Position numbers and translations under genes: made by a program. Below the pieces are notes generated by a model that was not told the origin of the DNA, ran no database searches, and saw only the letters and a program-made list of their open reading frames with translations. DNA of 63,294 nucleotides, counting the filler, from Octopus bimaculoides (taxonomy: Eukaryota), in the NCBI RefSeq assembly GCF_001194135.2. It is 8 parts of 8 records of this genome, joined end to end, with 100 filler letters (N's around TTAATTAATTAA, not from the genome) between each part and the next. Parts side by side here need not be neighbours in the genome. Positions count along the whole stretch, not along the records: positions 1 to 13,708 come from NC_068986.1; positions 13,809 to 17,153 come from NC_068987.1; positions 17,254 to 24,208 come from NC_068982.1; positions 24,309 to 37,615 come from NC_068989.1; 4 more parts are not named here. One strand, given 5' to 3'. Shown one piece after another: positions 13,219 through 24,699 of the stretch (its first letter is position 1; each line of letters opens with the position of its first letter).

Positions 13219-13269
13219 AGAATAATAATAACAATAATAATATGGTTGATAAACGAAACAGAATATAGA

Positions 13270-13663
13270 TTTAATGCGAATCTTTATTCAGTACGACAAC
13301 CGTTTCGACACATCCTGCATCTGTCCCATTGGATATTGTGCGTCTAGTGGTGTTGCATCAATCAGTGGAGGCCGTGTTACTACAGGTACTTAGTGCAGAA
13401 AAATATCCCACAATGTATAGTGAGCGCTACTGGGCATGTTGTACTCGCTTGTTGTACGTTGGTACGCTGACAGAAAGTTACCGATAAAGTTCTGTCAGAA
13501 CAACAGTATATTTTTCTACAACGAGCGGGATATTTTTCTGCACCAAACACCTAAAGTGACACAGCTTGCACTGACTGATGCAACGCAATAGGGTACACAA
13601 TATCTTATGGGACAGATGTAGGTTGTGTCGAAACGATCATCGTACTGAATAAAGATTCGTACT

Positions 13664-13666
<3 letters not shown>
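13270..13666. mobile_element. Fold-back element / MITE with about 140-bp imperfect terminal inverted repeats
   Basis: CGAATCTTTATTCAGTACGA..CGTTTCGACACA.CCT.CATCTGTCCCAT...GTGCAGAAAAATATCCC pairs with its reverse complement at about 13527-13666. Confidence 0.85.
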
Positions 13667-13708
<42 letters not shown>

Positions 13709-13752
13709 NNNNNNNNNNNNNNNNNNNNNNNNNNNNNNNNNNNNNNNNNNNN

Positions 13753-13764
13753 TTAATTAATTAA
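13753..13764. other. Artificial scaffold-join spacer TTAATTAATTAA in a 100-nt gap
   Basis: N44-TTAATTAATTAA-N44. Identical structure at 17198, 24253, 37660, 46765, 52131 and 60900. Confidence 0.95.
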
Positions 13765-13808
13765 NNNNNNNNNNNNNNNNNNNNNNNNNNNNNNNNNNNN
13801 NNNNNNNN

Positions 13809-13853
<45 letters not shown>

Positions 13854-14809
13854 TATGCATCCACCTAGTGGAGAACCAGCCATACTACACACATTCTGAT
13901 GACCATACAAGCATATATTGTTTGAGGCACTGTATGTCATCAGTCTGGTCATGTTCTACTCTCCACTTACTCTGCTTTTGTGCACCTGAGAATACTCACA
14001 ACAGCAATACTATTGTTGAACTGATGTTGATGCTTGTTAAGATGGTGCACAATTCCAGTTTCAGTTGCATTGAATAGATCTGTAATAAACTCTTACACTC
14101 CCCCACCTCTCACTTCTCTAGATAGAGACACTTATTTTCCCAGGGTTTATTGAACTAATGAAGATCTGGCACTTGAACTCCCAGGGCATGAACTGGTCAC
14201 CCAGCACAATATGCCATCTATCTCAGTCTTTGGCCACAGACTGCAATCATCTCCATTTACCAGGACTGGTTTCATATGTTCTCTTTTGGTGGTGTTTCAG
14301 AGGCAGTTTAGAAACTTGACAGTGCAGGGCATCCTATGCTTTTGTTAATGGTTCTTAATTTATTGAATTCCTGGAGCGTGGAAGGTAATTTAGGAGTGGA
14401 TGGAATGCAGAAAAGTTTTGCTTTCAAAAATGTTGACAGTAGAAAAGACATGACCCAGTTGATAGAATAACGGACATATTTGATATCTGACAAGCTTTAT
14501 GTATTAAAATAGAACACTAATTTCTATATGTCTCAGTTGTCAGAGAACAGATGATACTAGTTAGTCTGGAATGTTGCTTGTGATAGACTAGACCTTCTCT
14601 AGAGGTTAGAATAATCTATGGATGAAATTGTAGCTAAGAACATCAATAGTTTAAGAGCCATTTGGTAGTCTTGAAAGTATTTTCAAGCTTTGACACCATA
14701 AATTATCTTTGCTAACCCATAAAACTCTTGAGACAACAGAAATATCCAGTACATTTTCGCTATTGTCCCTCTTCCTGGTTTTATTCTCGTGTGTTTATAT
14801 AAATCTACA

Positions 14810-14990
14810 ACTTTGGCACAAGCGCCATATCAATCTAAACAGTGCCTATTCTTGACTGGTACTTATTTTAGTAAATTCTTGAGAGATGAAAGCGAAGTTA
14901 ACTCTGCAGATAACTCTGGCAGGATTTGAACTCAGAATGTAAAATGTTGTGGCTAATTACCATAAGGCATTTTGTTCAGTGGCTAACCAC
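14810..14990 (-). mobile_element. SINE family S3, strongly CpG-decayed copy
   Basis: CTGGTACTTATTTT...GGATTTGAACTCAGAATGT is homologous to 51525-51725. Confidence 0.7.
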
Positions 14991-15899
14991 CATCCTATTC
15001 TCATTCATTAATATTAATTTTTAGCCTAAGTAGAAGGTTACTGGTGTGCAGAGAGGAGACACATGATTACATTGACTCAGTGTTTGGTCTATATTTTTTT
15101 TAGGTCTGTTCTGAGCCCTGGGACTCATAAAGGTCAAAACTTAACCTGGTTTCCATAATGTATAAATGATTGAGATTACAGTATTCCTTCCTGAAGAGAA
15201 TGATGATCCATTGCAGAGTTAACTTCCCAGCTATTGCTGGAATTAATTTATAGCTGAGTGGACTGGAACACAATGAAATGAAGTGTTTTGCTTGGGAATT
15301 GAAACCAAGATCTTATTATGATTATGAATGTAGCACCCTAACAACATGGCTGCAAAATTAATGTTAGTGGGAGATGAATTCAGAATGTAAGAGGAGACAA
15401 AAACTAAATTCTGCAAGACATCTTGTTTGACATTCTACCAATTGTGCTAATCTGTTTCCCTCTAATATATTGGTCTCATATTTTGGCAGAAGGCCAGTAA
15501 TTTTGGAACAGTAGGGTAAGTCGATTACACTATATTGTTATATATTATGTATGAGGCTGTGAGGGAGCTTTTATGCAGTTGTTTGATCTGCTAGAAATAG
15601 CCACCAAATCTCCTACAAACCAAATTTTAAGAAAAGGAGTGTCACATTAGACATTATTTTCTTGGATATAAAAAAAAAAGGGGATAGTCATAGTTTGCTC
15701 AATCAAGATTGATGTGGAGCTAAACAACAACAATTACTGGTATGTGATTTATTAAACAGGATAATCCAACAATAGGAAATAAACCATAGAAGCCAAACGG
15801 TCAAGTTGTTTAGTCATGGGATTTTTTTTAGCAGAAATGTTTTGCATCTAAATACACTCCAATGTTACATTTCCAAGTTTAGTTAGATTTTATTGAGAA

Positions 15900-16380
15900 T
15901 AAGTATCAGGTCACCTGGGAATATTATGTGAAACAAGAACCTATGCCTAAATCAAGCATTACTGCTAAGAAAGTAATTATGGTAAGGTTGGTCTCTGTAG
16001 TAACCCCAAACTCTAGGGAGATAAGAGTGTGGATCAAGTCTTTCCTAAGCTTATCTTGAGCGCACCTGTTCACACCTCCAGAGACAGCTAAAATGTTGCT
16101 TCTATACAGGTCATAGTGGGTTGATAGGAGTCTCTTACATAACGTGTCAGGCATAAACTGGCCTATGAGGTCACAGATATCCATGGTGTTGAATCCTCCC
16201 TTCACCATGTCAAAGGAGCCTTCTGGATCTGCTTGTTTAACCCAGACTGAATCTTTATTGAACAGTAGGGTCTTTCTGGCATGCATTATTACATCTATAT
16301 CCCTGTTACTAATTTCAGTGAACTCCTTAGAGTAATCAGGTGTTCTGTATAACAACTCTATCAATATGGATAATCCTTTC
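15900..16380 (-). mobile_element. Decayed Penelope-like (Naiad-type) reverse transcriptase fragment
   Basis: IMHARKTLLFNKDSVWVK...FDMVKGGFNTMDICDLIG...YDLYRSNIL...ETNLTIITFLAVMLDL matches the recalled Naiad pattern IMHARKSLLF..FDVTMGS.DGAEVCELVG..GLYRDD..ETNLK.VDFLDV. The catalytic DD is lost. Confidence 0.8.
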
Positions 16381-16384
16381 TACT

Positions 16385-16590
16385 ATAGGCACAAGGCCTG
16401 AAATTTTTGGGGAGGGGTTAGTCGATTACATCAACTCCAGTGCTCAACTGGTACTTATTTTTTTGACCCTGAAAGGATGGAAGTCAAAGTTGACCTCAGC
16501 AGAGTTTGACTTCAGAAGGTAAAGATGGACAAAATGTCACTAAGCACCTTGCCTGGCATGCCAATGATTCTGCTAGCTCACTGGCTATCT
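16385..16590 (-). mobile_element. SINE family S3, strongly CpG-decayed copy
   Basis: Aligns to 51525-51725 and 45130-45295, with most CpGs changed to TpG/CpA. Confidence 0.85.
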
Positions 16591-16793
16591 TTCAATATAA
16601 ATAATAAAAAGTTCACTATATTAAATTGGATGAACCTTGTTCTGCCTCTACGCAGGTTTACTATGAACCATGAAATTACTTCATTTGTGGTTGTACCATA
16701 AGGATTGATAGGATGCCTTCCTTATATCATAATTTATCTTCCTCAATATGTGCTTGCTCACTAGACCAATCCATGATTTTGCTGTGTTAATCA

Positions 16794-17153
16794 GAGGTCT
16801 GGAGATGCCACTACGATAGATTGCTTAATAAAGAGAATGAATGGGAGAAAGAGAGCCTGCCGTATGTCGACCCAATAGAGGGACCAGCTATCCGAGTTGA
16901 TAGTACCAGGGTAGATAAAGCAATTAAGAGTATGAAGACCGGGAAAGCCCCCGGCCCATCAGGAATCACTGCAGAGATGCTCAAAATATCTGGCAGTGTT
17001 GGCTATAGCCTAGTCACCCGTATTACGAACCAGGTGATACACGAAGGAGTCATACCCAATGACTGGTGTAACAGCATCATAGTCAACTGCTACAAAGGTA
17101 AAGGTGATGCTTTAGATACAAATAATTACAGAGGCATCAAGCTGTTAGATCAG
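16794..17153 (+). mobile_element. Young RTE-clade LINE fragment (start of RT), cut by gap
   Basis: Open frame with KAIKSMKTGKAPGPSGITAEMLK...IPNDWCNSIIVNCYKGKGDALDTNNYRGIKLLDQ. Confidence 0.9.
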
Positions 17154-17253
17154 NNNNNNNNNNNNNNNNNNNNNNNNNNNNNNNNNNNNNNNNNNNNTTA
17201 ATTAATTAANNNNNNNNNNNNNNNNNNNNNNNNNNNNNNNNNNNNNNNNNNNN

Positions 17254-17612
17254 GTATCACCTGGTTCGTAATACGGGTGACTTAGGCTATAGCCAACACT
17301 GCCAGATATTTTGAGCATCTCTGCAGTGATTCCTGATGGGCCGGGGGCTTTCCCGGTCTTCATACTCTTAATTGCTTTATCTACCCTGGTACTATCAACT
17401 CGGATAGCTGGTCCCTCTATTGGGTCGACATACGGCAGGCTCTCTTCCTCCCATTCATTCTCTTTATTAAGCAATCTATCGTAGTGGCATCTCCAGATCT
17501 CTTTCTTTGCATCCTCATTTAGTGCAAGCGTACCATCATCCATGCGAACACATTTCTCTCCTACAACATCACTATTCTCTCTCCTACACTGTCTTGCAAC
17601 ACGAATATATGT
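17254..17612 (-). mobile_element. Second, inverted copy of the same RTE fragment
   Basis: Near-identical to about 16794-17040 on the opposite strand; extends further 5' (RENSDVVGEKCVRMDDGTLAL). Confidence 0.9.
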
Positions 17613-18685
17613 AAGAATCAGATAAGGAATAATGTGAAAGCCTTTTGCTTATACTGACAAAGGAAAAAGATCACATTTTTAGTAAATAAATTACGTTCAT
17701 AGGTAATTAACAGTAAGTAATTAAAGTGGTTGAAATCTAGAAAGCATGTGATATCCTTTTATGCATTTTATTCTATTTATATAAAAGGTTGTGGTGGGGA
17801 GATGTCACTTTGTAAAGAAACCGGTTTTACGTTTGATATATAGCTTTAGCTGGATGTCTGGAATAAGCCGCCCACATAAGTTGGATTTTATCTGTTTTGC
17901 CAAGGATTTTTCAAACTTTTTTTTGCACCACGCTCTTAAAAATTAACAGGGGAAGGGGAAGCTTTTTATGGAAAAAAAAATTTGAAAATATATGAATCTT
18001 TTTATCCTTCCCCCCTTCTGCCTCTCCCAGGGCCCTCAGGATGGACTTTTTCGAATTTATTTTGCACTACACACTTAAAAATAACGAGAGAAGCCTTAAA
18101 AAACAAAACAAAAAAAAAAACTGTTGGAACCCATGAAAATCCATCATTTTGGAAGTCCCACACCTCCATAAAACGCTTACCCTATCATTTTGAGGCGGAC
18201 GTAAAAATGTGGACCGCACCCCCTTTGGTTGTTTTTTAAAATTNNNNNNNNNNNNNNNNNNNNNNNNNNNNNNNNNNNNNNNNNNNNNNNNNNNNNNNNN
18301 NNNNNNNNNNNNNNNNNNNNNNNNNNNNNNNNNNNNNNNNNNNNNNNNNNNNNNNNNNNNNNNNNNNNNNNNNNNNNNNNNNNNNNNNNNNNNNNNNNNN
18401 NNNNNNNNNNNNNNNNNNNNNNNNNNNNNNNNNNNNNNNNNNNNNNNNNNNNNNNNNNNNNNNNNNNNNNNNNNNNNNNNNNNNNNNNNNNNNNNNNNNN
18501 NNNNNNNNNNNNNNNNNNNNNNNNNNNNNNNNNNNNNNNNNNNNNNNNNNNNNNNNNNNNNNNNNNNNNNNNNNNNNNNNNNNNNNNNNNNNNNNNNNNN
18601 NTATTTCAATAATAACTTTTCTAGGAATGTTATCGTAAAGACGTAATCAGGAAGTAGAGTGGAACCAAGATTTAGTAAACTAGAA

Positions 18686-18938
18686 CAGGGGTTTTCAAAC
18701 TGTGGTCCGCAAGGACAAGACAGGGGGTCCGTAGACAGCAAAAACTTTTTATGGGCAATTTGATTTTATGTTTTTTAATCGAAATCTTTTAATTGACAAT
18801 AAACCTATTTGTTAAATAAATAAATGTAAAAATATATGTTATTTTAAGCAAATATTTATGTATAAATTTCATAAGCGTTTATAAGGGGGTCCCTAAGGTA
18901 AAGCCTGAAATATAAAGGGGCCCGCAAGTTCTGTTGAA
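18686..18938 (+). mobile_element. hAT (Charlie-like) non-autonomous element
   Basis: Begins CAGGGGTTTTCAAACTGTGGTCCGC after ACTAGAA; GGGGTCC/GGGGCCC subterminal motifs. Confidence 0.7.
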
Positions 18939-20221
18939 CCTTGTGGTGTGCAACCGACTGAACCTTGTGGTTCTTAACTTTTTCTTCTTCGCTAATGTTT
19001 GTGTTTTCTTCGGTTTGGGATTTGTATTTTAATGTGGATTATTTATGTATTTAAGTACATGTACTTTTTGTGTATAAGAATAAAAAATTGAAGCTAAAAA
19101 AATTTTTTTTAATGGAATCAATGAGGCACTATTCGATGTGTACTACTCTCTCGGTTTGAATTATAAGTGGAGCAGTTATCAAAACGATTGACAGTATTAG
19201 ATGTTTGGATGGGGATAATGACAATATGTACTAAACTGGGCCGCAGTAGTATTGAGATACAAGGGTATGTTCAACACTTCATGGTTCCTGTCAGAGAAGG
19301 TAAATACATGTAATTAAATTGGTAATTAACCGAGGACATAATTCATTATATTGGCTCTAGCATTTGACTGATACTAGTGTATTTTATAAACTTTCGAACT
19401 TCAAGTGTAAGTGGATATTCCAAAAAATCAACTATGGAGTAAACACCGAAGCGATATGAACAACATTCAAAATAATATCACATGGAAATGCCTTGACTAC
19501 TGTCTCTAACATCATTGCGAATTAGTCGATGCATCTAGTGTGCGGACGAGCGAAAATATAAATTTCAGGATTTTAATGTAATTAAGTGTCTACATTATCA
19601 CCTGTCTAAATATGAAACTTGAACTTTTGACACATCTTTCCAGTTCTTAATAAAAGTACATTTTAACAGCTATAACAAATTCCCTGACATCAGCAAAATT
19701 TTGAACTCGTGGTTAGCAGGAAAATAACAGTAAGTGTAAAGAAAGAAATATGTTCATAGAAAGTCGAAGCGATTCATATTTATTATTTAAAGCAATCTCA
19801 TCTCATTTGTGCCATTATTAGGAAAAGGTATGAAAGTTACAACCACCCATGCTTCAAATATGGAAAGAAATAGTGCCACATTGGTCGGGTATTGTTAAGT
19901 ATACAAGCATGCCGTGTTAGCATTCCAGTTTCAGTTCCTGTTTTCAAATAGAAGAATCTCGGAGAAAGTCATAAAGACCACGGAATTTCATTTCTGTGAA
20001 GACTAAACATCCTGTTTACATTATACAATAAAATAACATTTTAATATGAAACCTTAAACATCCTCCCATGTTCTGACAGCCTGCGATGTCGAAGTGCACA
20101 TGACAACCGCAGGAAATATTTGTTGTTTACAAAGCGACACTTGATATCCGGACGCATTCCATTTATTGACGTTTCCAGTGTCACATGCTAAGAAAATAGA
20201 TGGACAGACATACAATTTGTG

Positions 20222-20444
20222 GGTACTACTAAAGCAGCACGGTCCCGAACGCGCAGCCGCGCGTCCGCGCCAGCCAGTCGTGAGTGGTCGATCCCAACCC
20301 CAACCCTATCCCTAACCCTAAACACGTATTCATTTGCACACGCGGGTTAGGGATAGGGTTAGGGTTAGGGACAGGGCTAGGATCGACCACTCACGACTAG
20401 CTAGCGCGAACGCGCGCTCGGGACCGTGCTGCTTTAGTAGTACC
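20222..20444. mobile_element. Fold-back MITE with 9-bp TSD (Mutator-like) and internal telomere-like repeats
   Basis: Perfect 27-bp TIR GGTACTACTAAAGCAGCACGGTCCCGA. Direct repeat CAATTTGTG at 20213-20221 and 20445-20453. CCCTAA-like repeats in the left arm and TTAGGG-like repeats in the right arm. Confidence 0.9.
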
Positions 20445-22269
20445 CAATTTGTGGGGGTGGGGGTGGGGGTGATCTTACGATTTGTGGATACTAACTACCC
20501 CACATCCGAATTAGTCTCCTCCAAGTCCGGATTTTACCCTAACTGAAGATAAGGCTACTGCGTGATGTGGAAGCCCGTTTGAGAGACCGTTCGTGGTCGA
20601 CCTAATTTGTTCAGAGTAACACTCACAACCACCTGGTGCATGGGAGCTTTACCAGGTTTTACTCTGTTCCAGAGTCTCCGGTCCGAGAATAACGTCTTCC
20701 CTTTCTCCCATCAGTGACCTGAACGGATTATGGACACTGATATTTTCCATTTGATCAAACTTAAAAAAAAATATTAACCTGTACATGATGACATACGTTG
20801 CTCAGCAAAAATAATTCTAAGGTAAGTATTGTACCCAAAGTGCGAATAGCACAACCAGTTAGCAGAGAGAAATCTATTGAGCAGGAAACAAAACATTAGA
20901 TTTAATTATTTATTCCGAACATTTTAAAAGCAATGTTAAGAGGAAGTAACATTAAAAATATAACTAATAAAAAGTGTATATAGATGCTTAAAGTGTCGTA
21001 ACCTGAAAGAATTCGAAGAATTTTTTTTTTAAATCCCCCTAAAAAAAAAATCATGTATTCAAGCCAAAAAAAATTGCAGAAAATAAATTAATTGGTTATT
21101 CTGTTGAAAGTAATTTTATCTGAATGAAATATTTGATTTATCAGAATCATCAGAACATCGGGCAAAATACCTTACAGTATTTAGTTACGTCCCTTCCCTT
21201 TCTGAGTTCAAATTTCGACCTTTGGGTCATTAAAATAAAGGCCGACTTGTATTTGTATAATGCATTCTAGGTGTGATGACGATAAAAGAAAACGAAATTT
21301 CAATCTTGAAATGAAAATGTCACATGATAAGAACTGGGAAAATGTGTCAAAAGTTTTTGTTTCATATTTAGACGGGCAATCGGGATTTACACTCAACTAC
21401 ATAAAAAACTTGAAATGTAAATTTTCGCTCATTATCCGCAAACAAGATGCGTCGACTAATTCACAATGATATGAAGTGTTTGAAGATAGTTGTCACAGCA
21501 GACAGTTGTCAAAGCATTACATATGATGATGTTTGTTCATATCGGTTCGGTGTTTACTCTAGCCATAGCCGACTTAGTATTTAGTAACATCCAGTTACAC
21601 TCAGAGTTCGGTGTTAATAATAAAACACACGAGAGCCAGTATAATTAACTATATCCTCCTGTAAACAGTTTGTAAGTTTTTCATAAGGTTAATTTTGAAT
21701 TTCCTGAAGTCGTTAATAGATTCATTGAAATGCATAATATAAATCGGTGATGTGCAACATTGATATAACAAGACTGTCTCAACTTACTGTTCATTCATTA
21801 CATTTACTTTCTTACAAAAAAAAAAAAAAAAAATAATAATAATAAATAGACGGGTAAATAGATCAATAATTTGGTTAATAAGAAAGTTCTTTTACATTAA
21901 AGAAAAAGTTAAATTCCTTTCAGTTTTACAAGTAAAGTATCAAACAACTTTATTCGTAGCATCTTTTCTAGTTATACAGACGAGAAAATTTCTGTCAGAC
22001 GATTCGTTCGGTTAACGAAAACATTTTATTATGGTTTAGTAATTTAAGAAAATCTTAGCGCTATATATTGTTATTCGCAAATTGTCTGTGTGTATGTATG
22101 TAAGTGTTTATATGTATACAGACAATTTGGGAATTATATAATGTATATATTGTATGTATGTACAATGATCAAGGTTGTTCACAAATGTATACAAGTTTTA
22201 TGTCTGTCCGGATGAAGACGAGCGTGTGTAAAATAAAAGAATTTACAATAAACAAAATAAATGCCTTAC

Positions 22270-22289
22270 GTCTCCTTTTCTGTGGCCAT
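22270..22289 (-). CDS. Candidate first coding exon (M-A-T-E-K-E-T...), phase-2 donor
   Basis: Minus strand reads CGAAG ATG GCC ACA GAA AAG GAG AC|GTAAGG: good Kozak, YY1-like AAGATGGC, canonical donor, CpG-retaining non-repeat context. No downstream exon was securely identified. Confidence 0.35.
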
Positions 22290-22700
22290 CTTCGAGTTGT
22301 CGTAGGGTTAGGTAGCGAAATACATCCAACCTGTTGTAAAAATATTTTTCAGTGCTGTACTGTATGACATCAATTGACCAGCGTCACAGATTTCTCTGGT
22401 TTTTAAGCAGTAGCAGTGATATCAACATTACCACGTGATAATATTGAATCGCTCCAAGTTCATAAAAGATTTTGTAATTAAATTGGCAATTAAAATTTAT
22501 ATATGTCACAAATGTTACAACAGCATTAATTATCAAGGCATTCCTTCGATATTGGCCTACAGAGTGTCGGTGTGAGGAGATGACGGTCATTCACTCTTTT
22601 TCAGCTTAGACTTTTTATCTGTCATGACGGAAAGTTATGTGGGTGAATGACGTCGTGTACCTATATCGAAGGATTACCACGATGTTTTAACACACAAACA
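22290..22700 (-). promoter_or_regulatory. Possible promoter of the candidate minus-strand gene
   Basis: Apparently unique, CpG-retaining sequence with E-box CACGTG (about 22432), ATGACGGTCAT, CGGAAAGT and TGACGTCG motifs. Motif presence only. Confidence 0.25.
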
Positions 22701-23394
22701 CACACACACAGAGTTTTTCTTACGCTCAATTTAAACGCAATATATTTTTTATTGTTTCTTGATTATTTTACATTGTGGGATTTATATTTTTTGTCGCGCA
22801 TAACAGCTTTGAAGGTACATAACATTATAACATTTTATTCATAAGTACTATCATAATATTACTTGTTTATTTGTATAGACATACGAAACAGATGGACTAC
22901 ACTATCCGATTAGAATCTAGTATAATCTCTTTTGTTCAACAGGGTATAGACCTCAGTCTAAACATTTATCTCTACAAACCGCTTATAGGATGGTAGGGGT
23001 AATGTTTTTACGCATATGTACAATAATGATATCAGTTAGCTGGTTGTGTGTGTGTGTGTGTGTTTTACCTTTGTTTACATGTGACCAACTTCGTACACTG
23101 TATTTATGAGCATACGCGCAAGTGTATTAAAGTGTAAATATTGAATGTTAGTATTAATGTCAGGTGAATGTCACAAGAATGAGATTCATTTTCTTTTCAC
23201 TTTCGTTAAGATTTTGTGGTGTTTCTTGCCAGCACGTACATTGTTGCTACATTTATAGTCTTGTCACTCGGTTTGTTTCAGGGATTCTGCTGCCGGATCT
23301 TAGTAGATACTAACGAATTGCAAAAGCCGTAGCAAACGACACAAACACACAAACACGATAACTATATTACATGCGCGACTCCAGGACACTGTCA

Positions 23395-23612
23395 ACCAGC
23401 GTGTTGATGAGGACCATCGCCAAAGAGCTGAAGTTGACAAAGGTCACTATTAAGCATATGGTGCATGAGGAGACACGGTACAAATTTTACATGATGAGCA
23501 GTGGCACTTCATGTTCGGCAACACTCAGAAGAACCATATGATCATGTGACACCCGACACCCAAACTACTGTGGCCGGCTACCTCTCCAGTTTTGAGCACT
23601 CTGGACTGCTAC
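23395..23612 (+). mobile_element. Tc1/mariner-superfamily transposase remnant, internally deleted
   Basis: MRTIAKELKLTKVTIKHMVHEETRYKFYMM (HTH-like), then WPATSPVLSTLDCY, resembling the WPPxSPDLNPLDY motif. Confidence 0.7.
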
Positions 23613-23620
23613 ATCTAGGG

Positions 23621-23760
23621 CAGCTTTTCTCAACCGAGGTTCCCCGGAACCCTGGGGTTCCGCAAAAAGTTCCTAGGGGTTCCTCGAGAAAGAGTGAGAT
23701 AAGCTAATGCTAAATTCATGATCGTAATATTACTATACATGTACGACATATTGTTGGTTA
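23621..23760 (+). mobile_element. hAT (Charlie-like) element 5' end
   Basis: CAGCTTTTCTCAACCGAGGTTCC preceded by ATCTAGGG. Confidence 0.65.
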
Positions 23761-23849
23761 TTGTAATATAGACATCATCCTATGTAACCTATTGTTATCA
23801 AAAAAATATAACCGTTGGGGATATATTTAGTGATGTCTGTAATTTATGG

Positions 23850-24020
23850 ACACCATCGCTAGCCACTAAAACTTTTCTGTTTTCTCTCCCTGTTTATTTC
23901 TGCGTTCCTTTAAGAGCATAGGCTCGAAACGTAAAAAACTTTCTCACTTCCCGAGCGTTAAACTAATACATCTGTTTGTTGTTTACACACCCGTCTTCGT
24001 CTTTTGTAAATTCTCACTAT
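23850..24020 (+). mobile_element. Second copy of the Penelope-type terminal repeat; hammerhead core deleted
   Basis: Matches 7430-7590 but lacks the CTGNTG core nucleotides. Confidence 0.6.
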
Positions 24021-24308
24021 ATATGTATATATATATATATTAGTTTATGTATATATTAATATTATCTCAGTTATTAAAACTTTCGATAGTTTAAATACGT
24101 TAATAGTTACCAGAGGTAGCAAAATTACACTAAAAAACAAGATATCACAGCCGTTTTACAGGTAGAGATACCAAGTTAAAGTGATACATTTTGAGAAGAT
24201 ATCTATATNNNNNNNNNNNNNNNNNNNNNNNNNNNNNNNNNNNNNNNNNNNNTTAATTAATTAANNNNNNNNNNNNNNNNNNNNNNNNNNNNNNNNNNNN
24301 NNNNNNNN

Positions 24309-24401
<93 letters not shown>

Positions 24402-24699
24402 GGATAGATGGATGGATGGATGGATGAATGGATGGATAGGTAGGTAGATAGAGAGATAGATAAACGATATACCCTCCCTCCCAGACCTCATACACCCTAA
24501 CCCCCGCACAGCACCCCTTCTACATACACCGGTTAATAAGATACATACGTGCCCTACCAGGTACGTCATAATTAGCCTCACCGAGGTATTTTCACCGAAG
24601 GTGTTCAACATATAATCATATGAATTATGAAAATTACGAATTACTTGGTGATGCGACGACATGAGTCTATATAAAGCGAAAGAAGAGAGAAAAGCTTAT

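Noticed and set aside
13971-14079. Possible minus-strand exon (DLFNATETGIVHHLNK...) with TTATTACAG acceptor and GTGAGT/GTAAGT donors
   Set aside because: No recognisable homology, and its phase does not join the MATEKE exon directly. It needs RNA-seq before it can be claimed.
17880-18243. Homopolymer-rich odd sequence before a gap
   Set aside because: It looks like a low-quality read end rather than biology.
20715-20821. Plus-strand exon-like segment (CTTTCTCCCATCAG ... AAG|GTAAGT)
   Set aside because: Stops occur in all frames. It could only be a non-coding exon, and there is no evidence for that.
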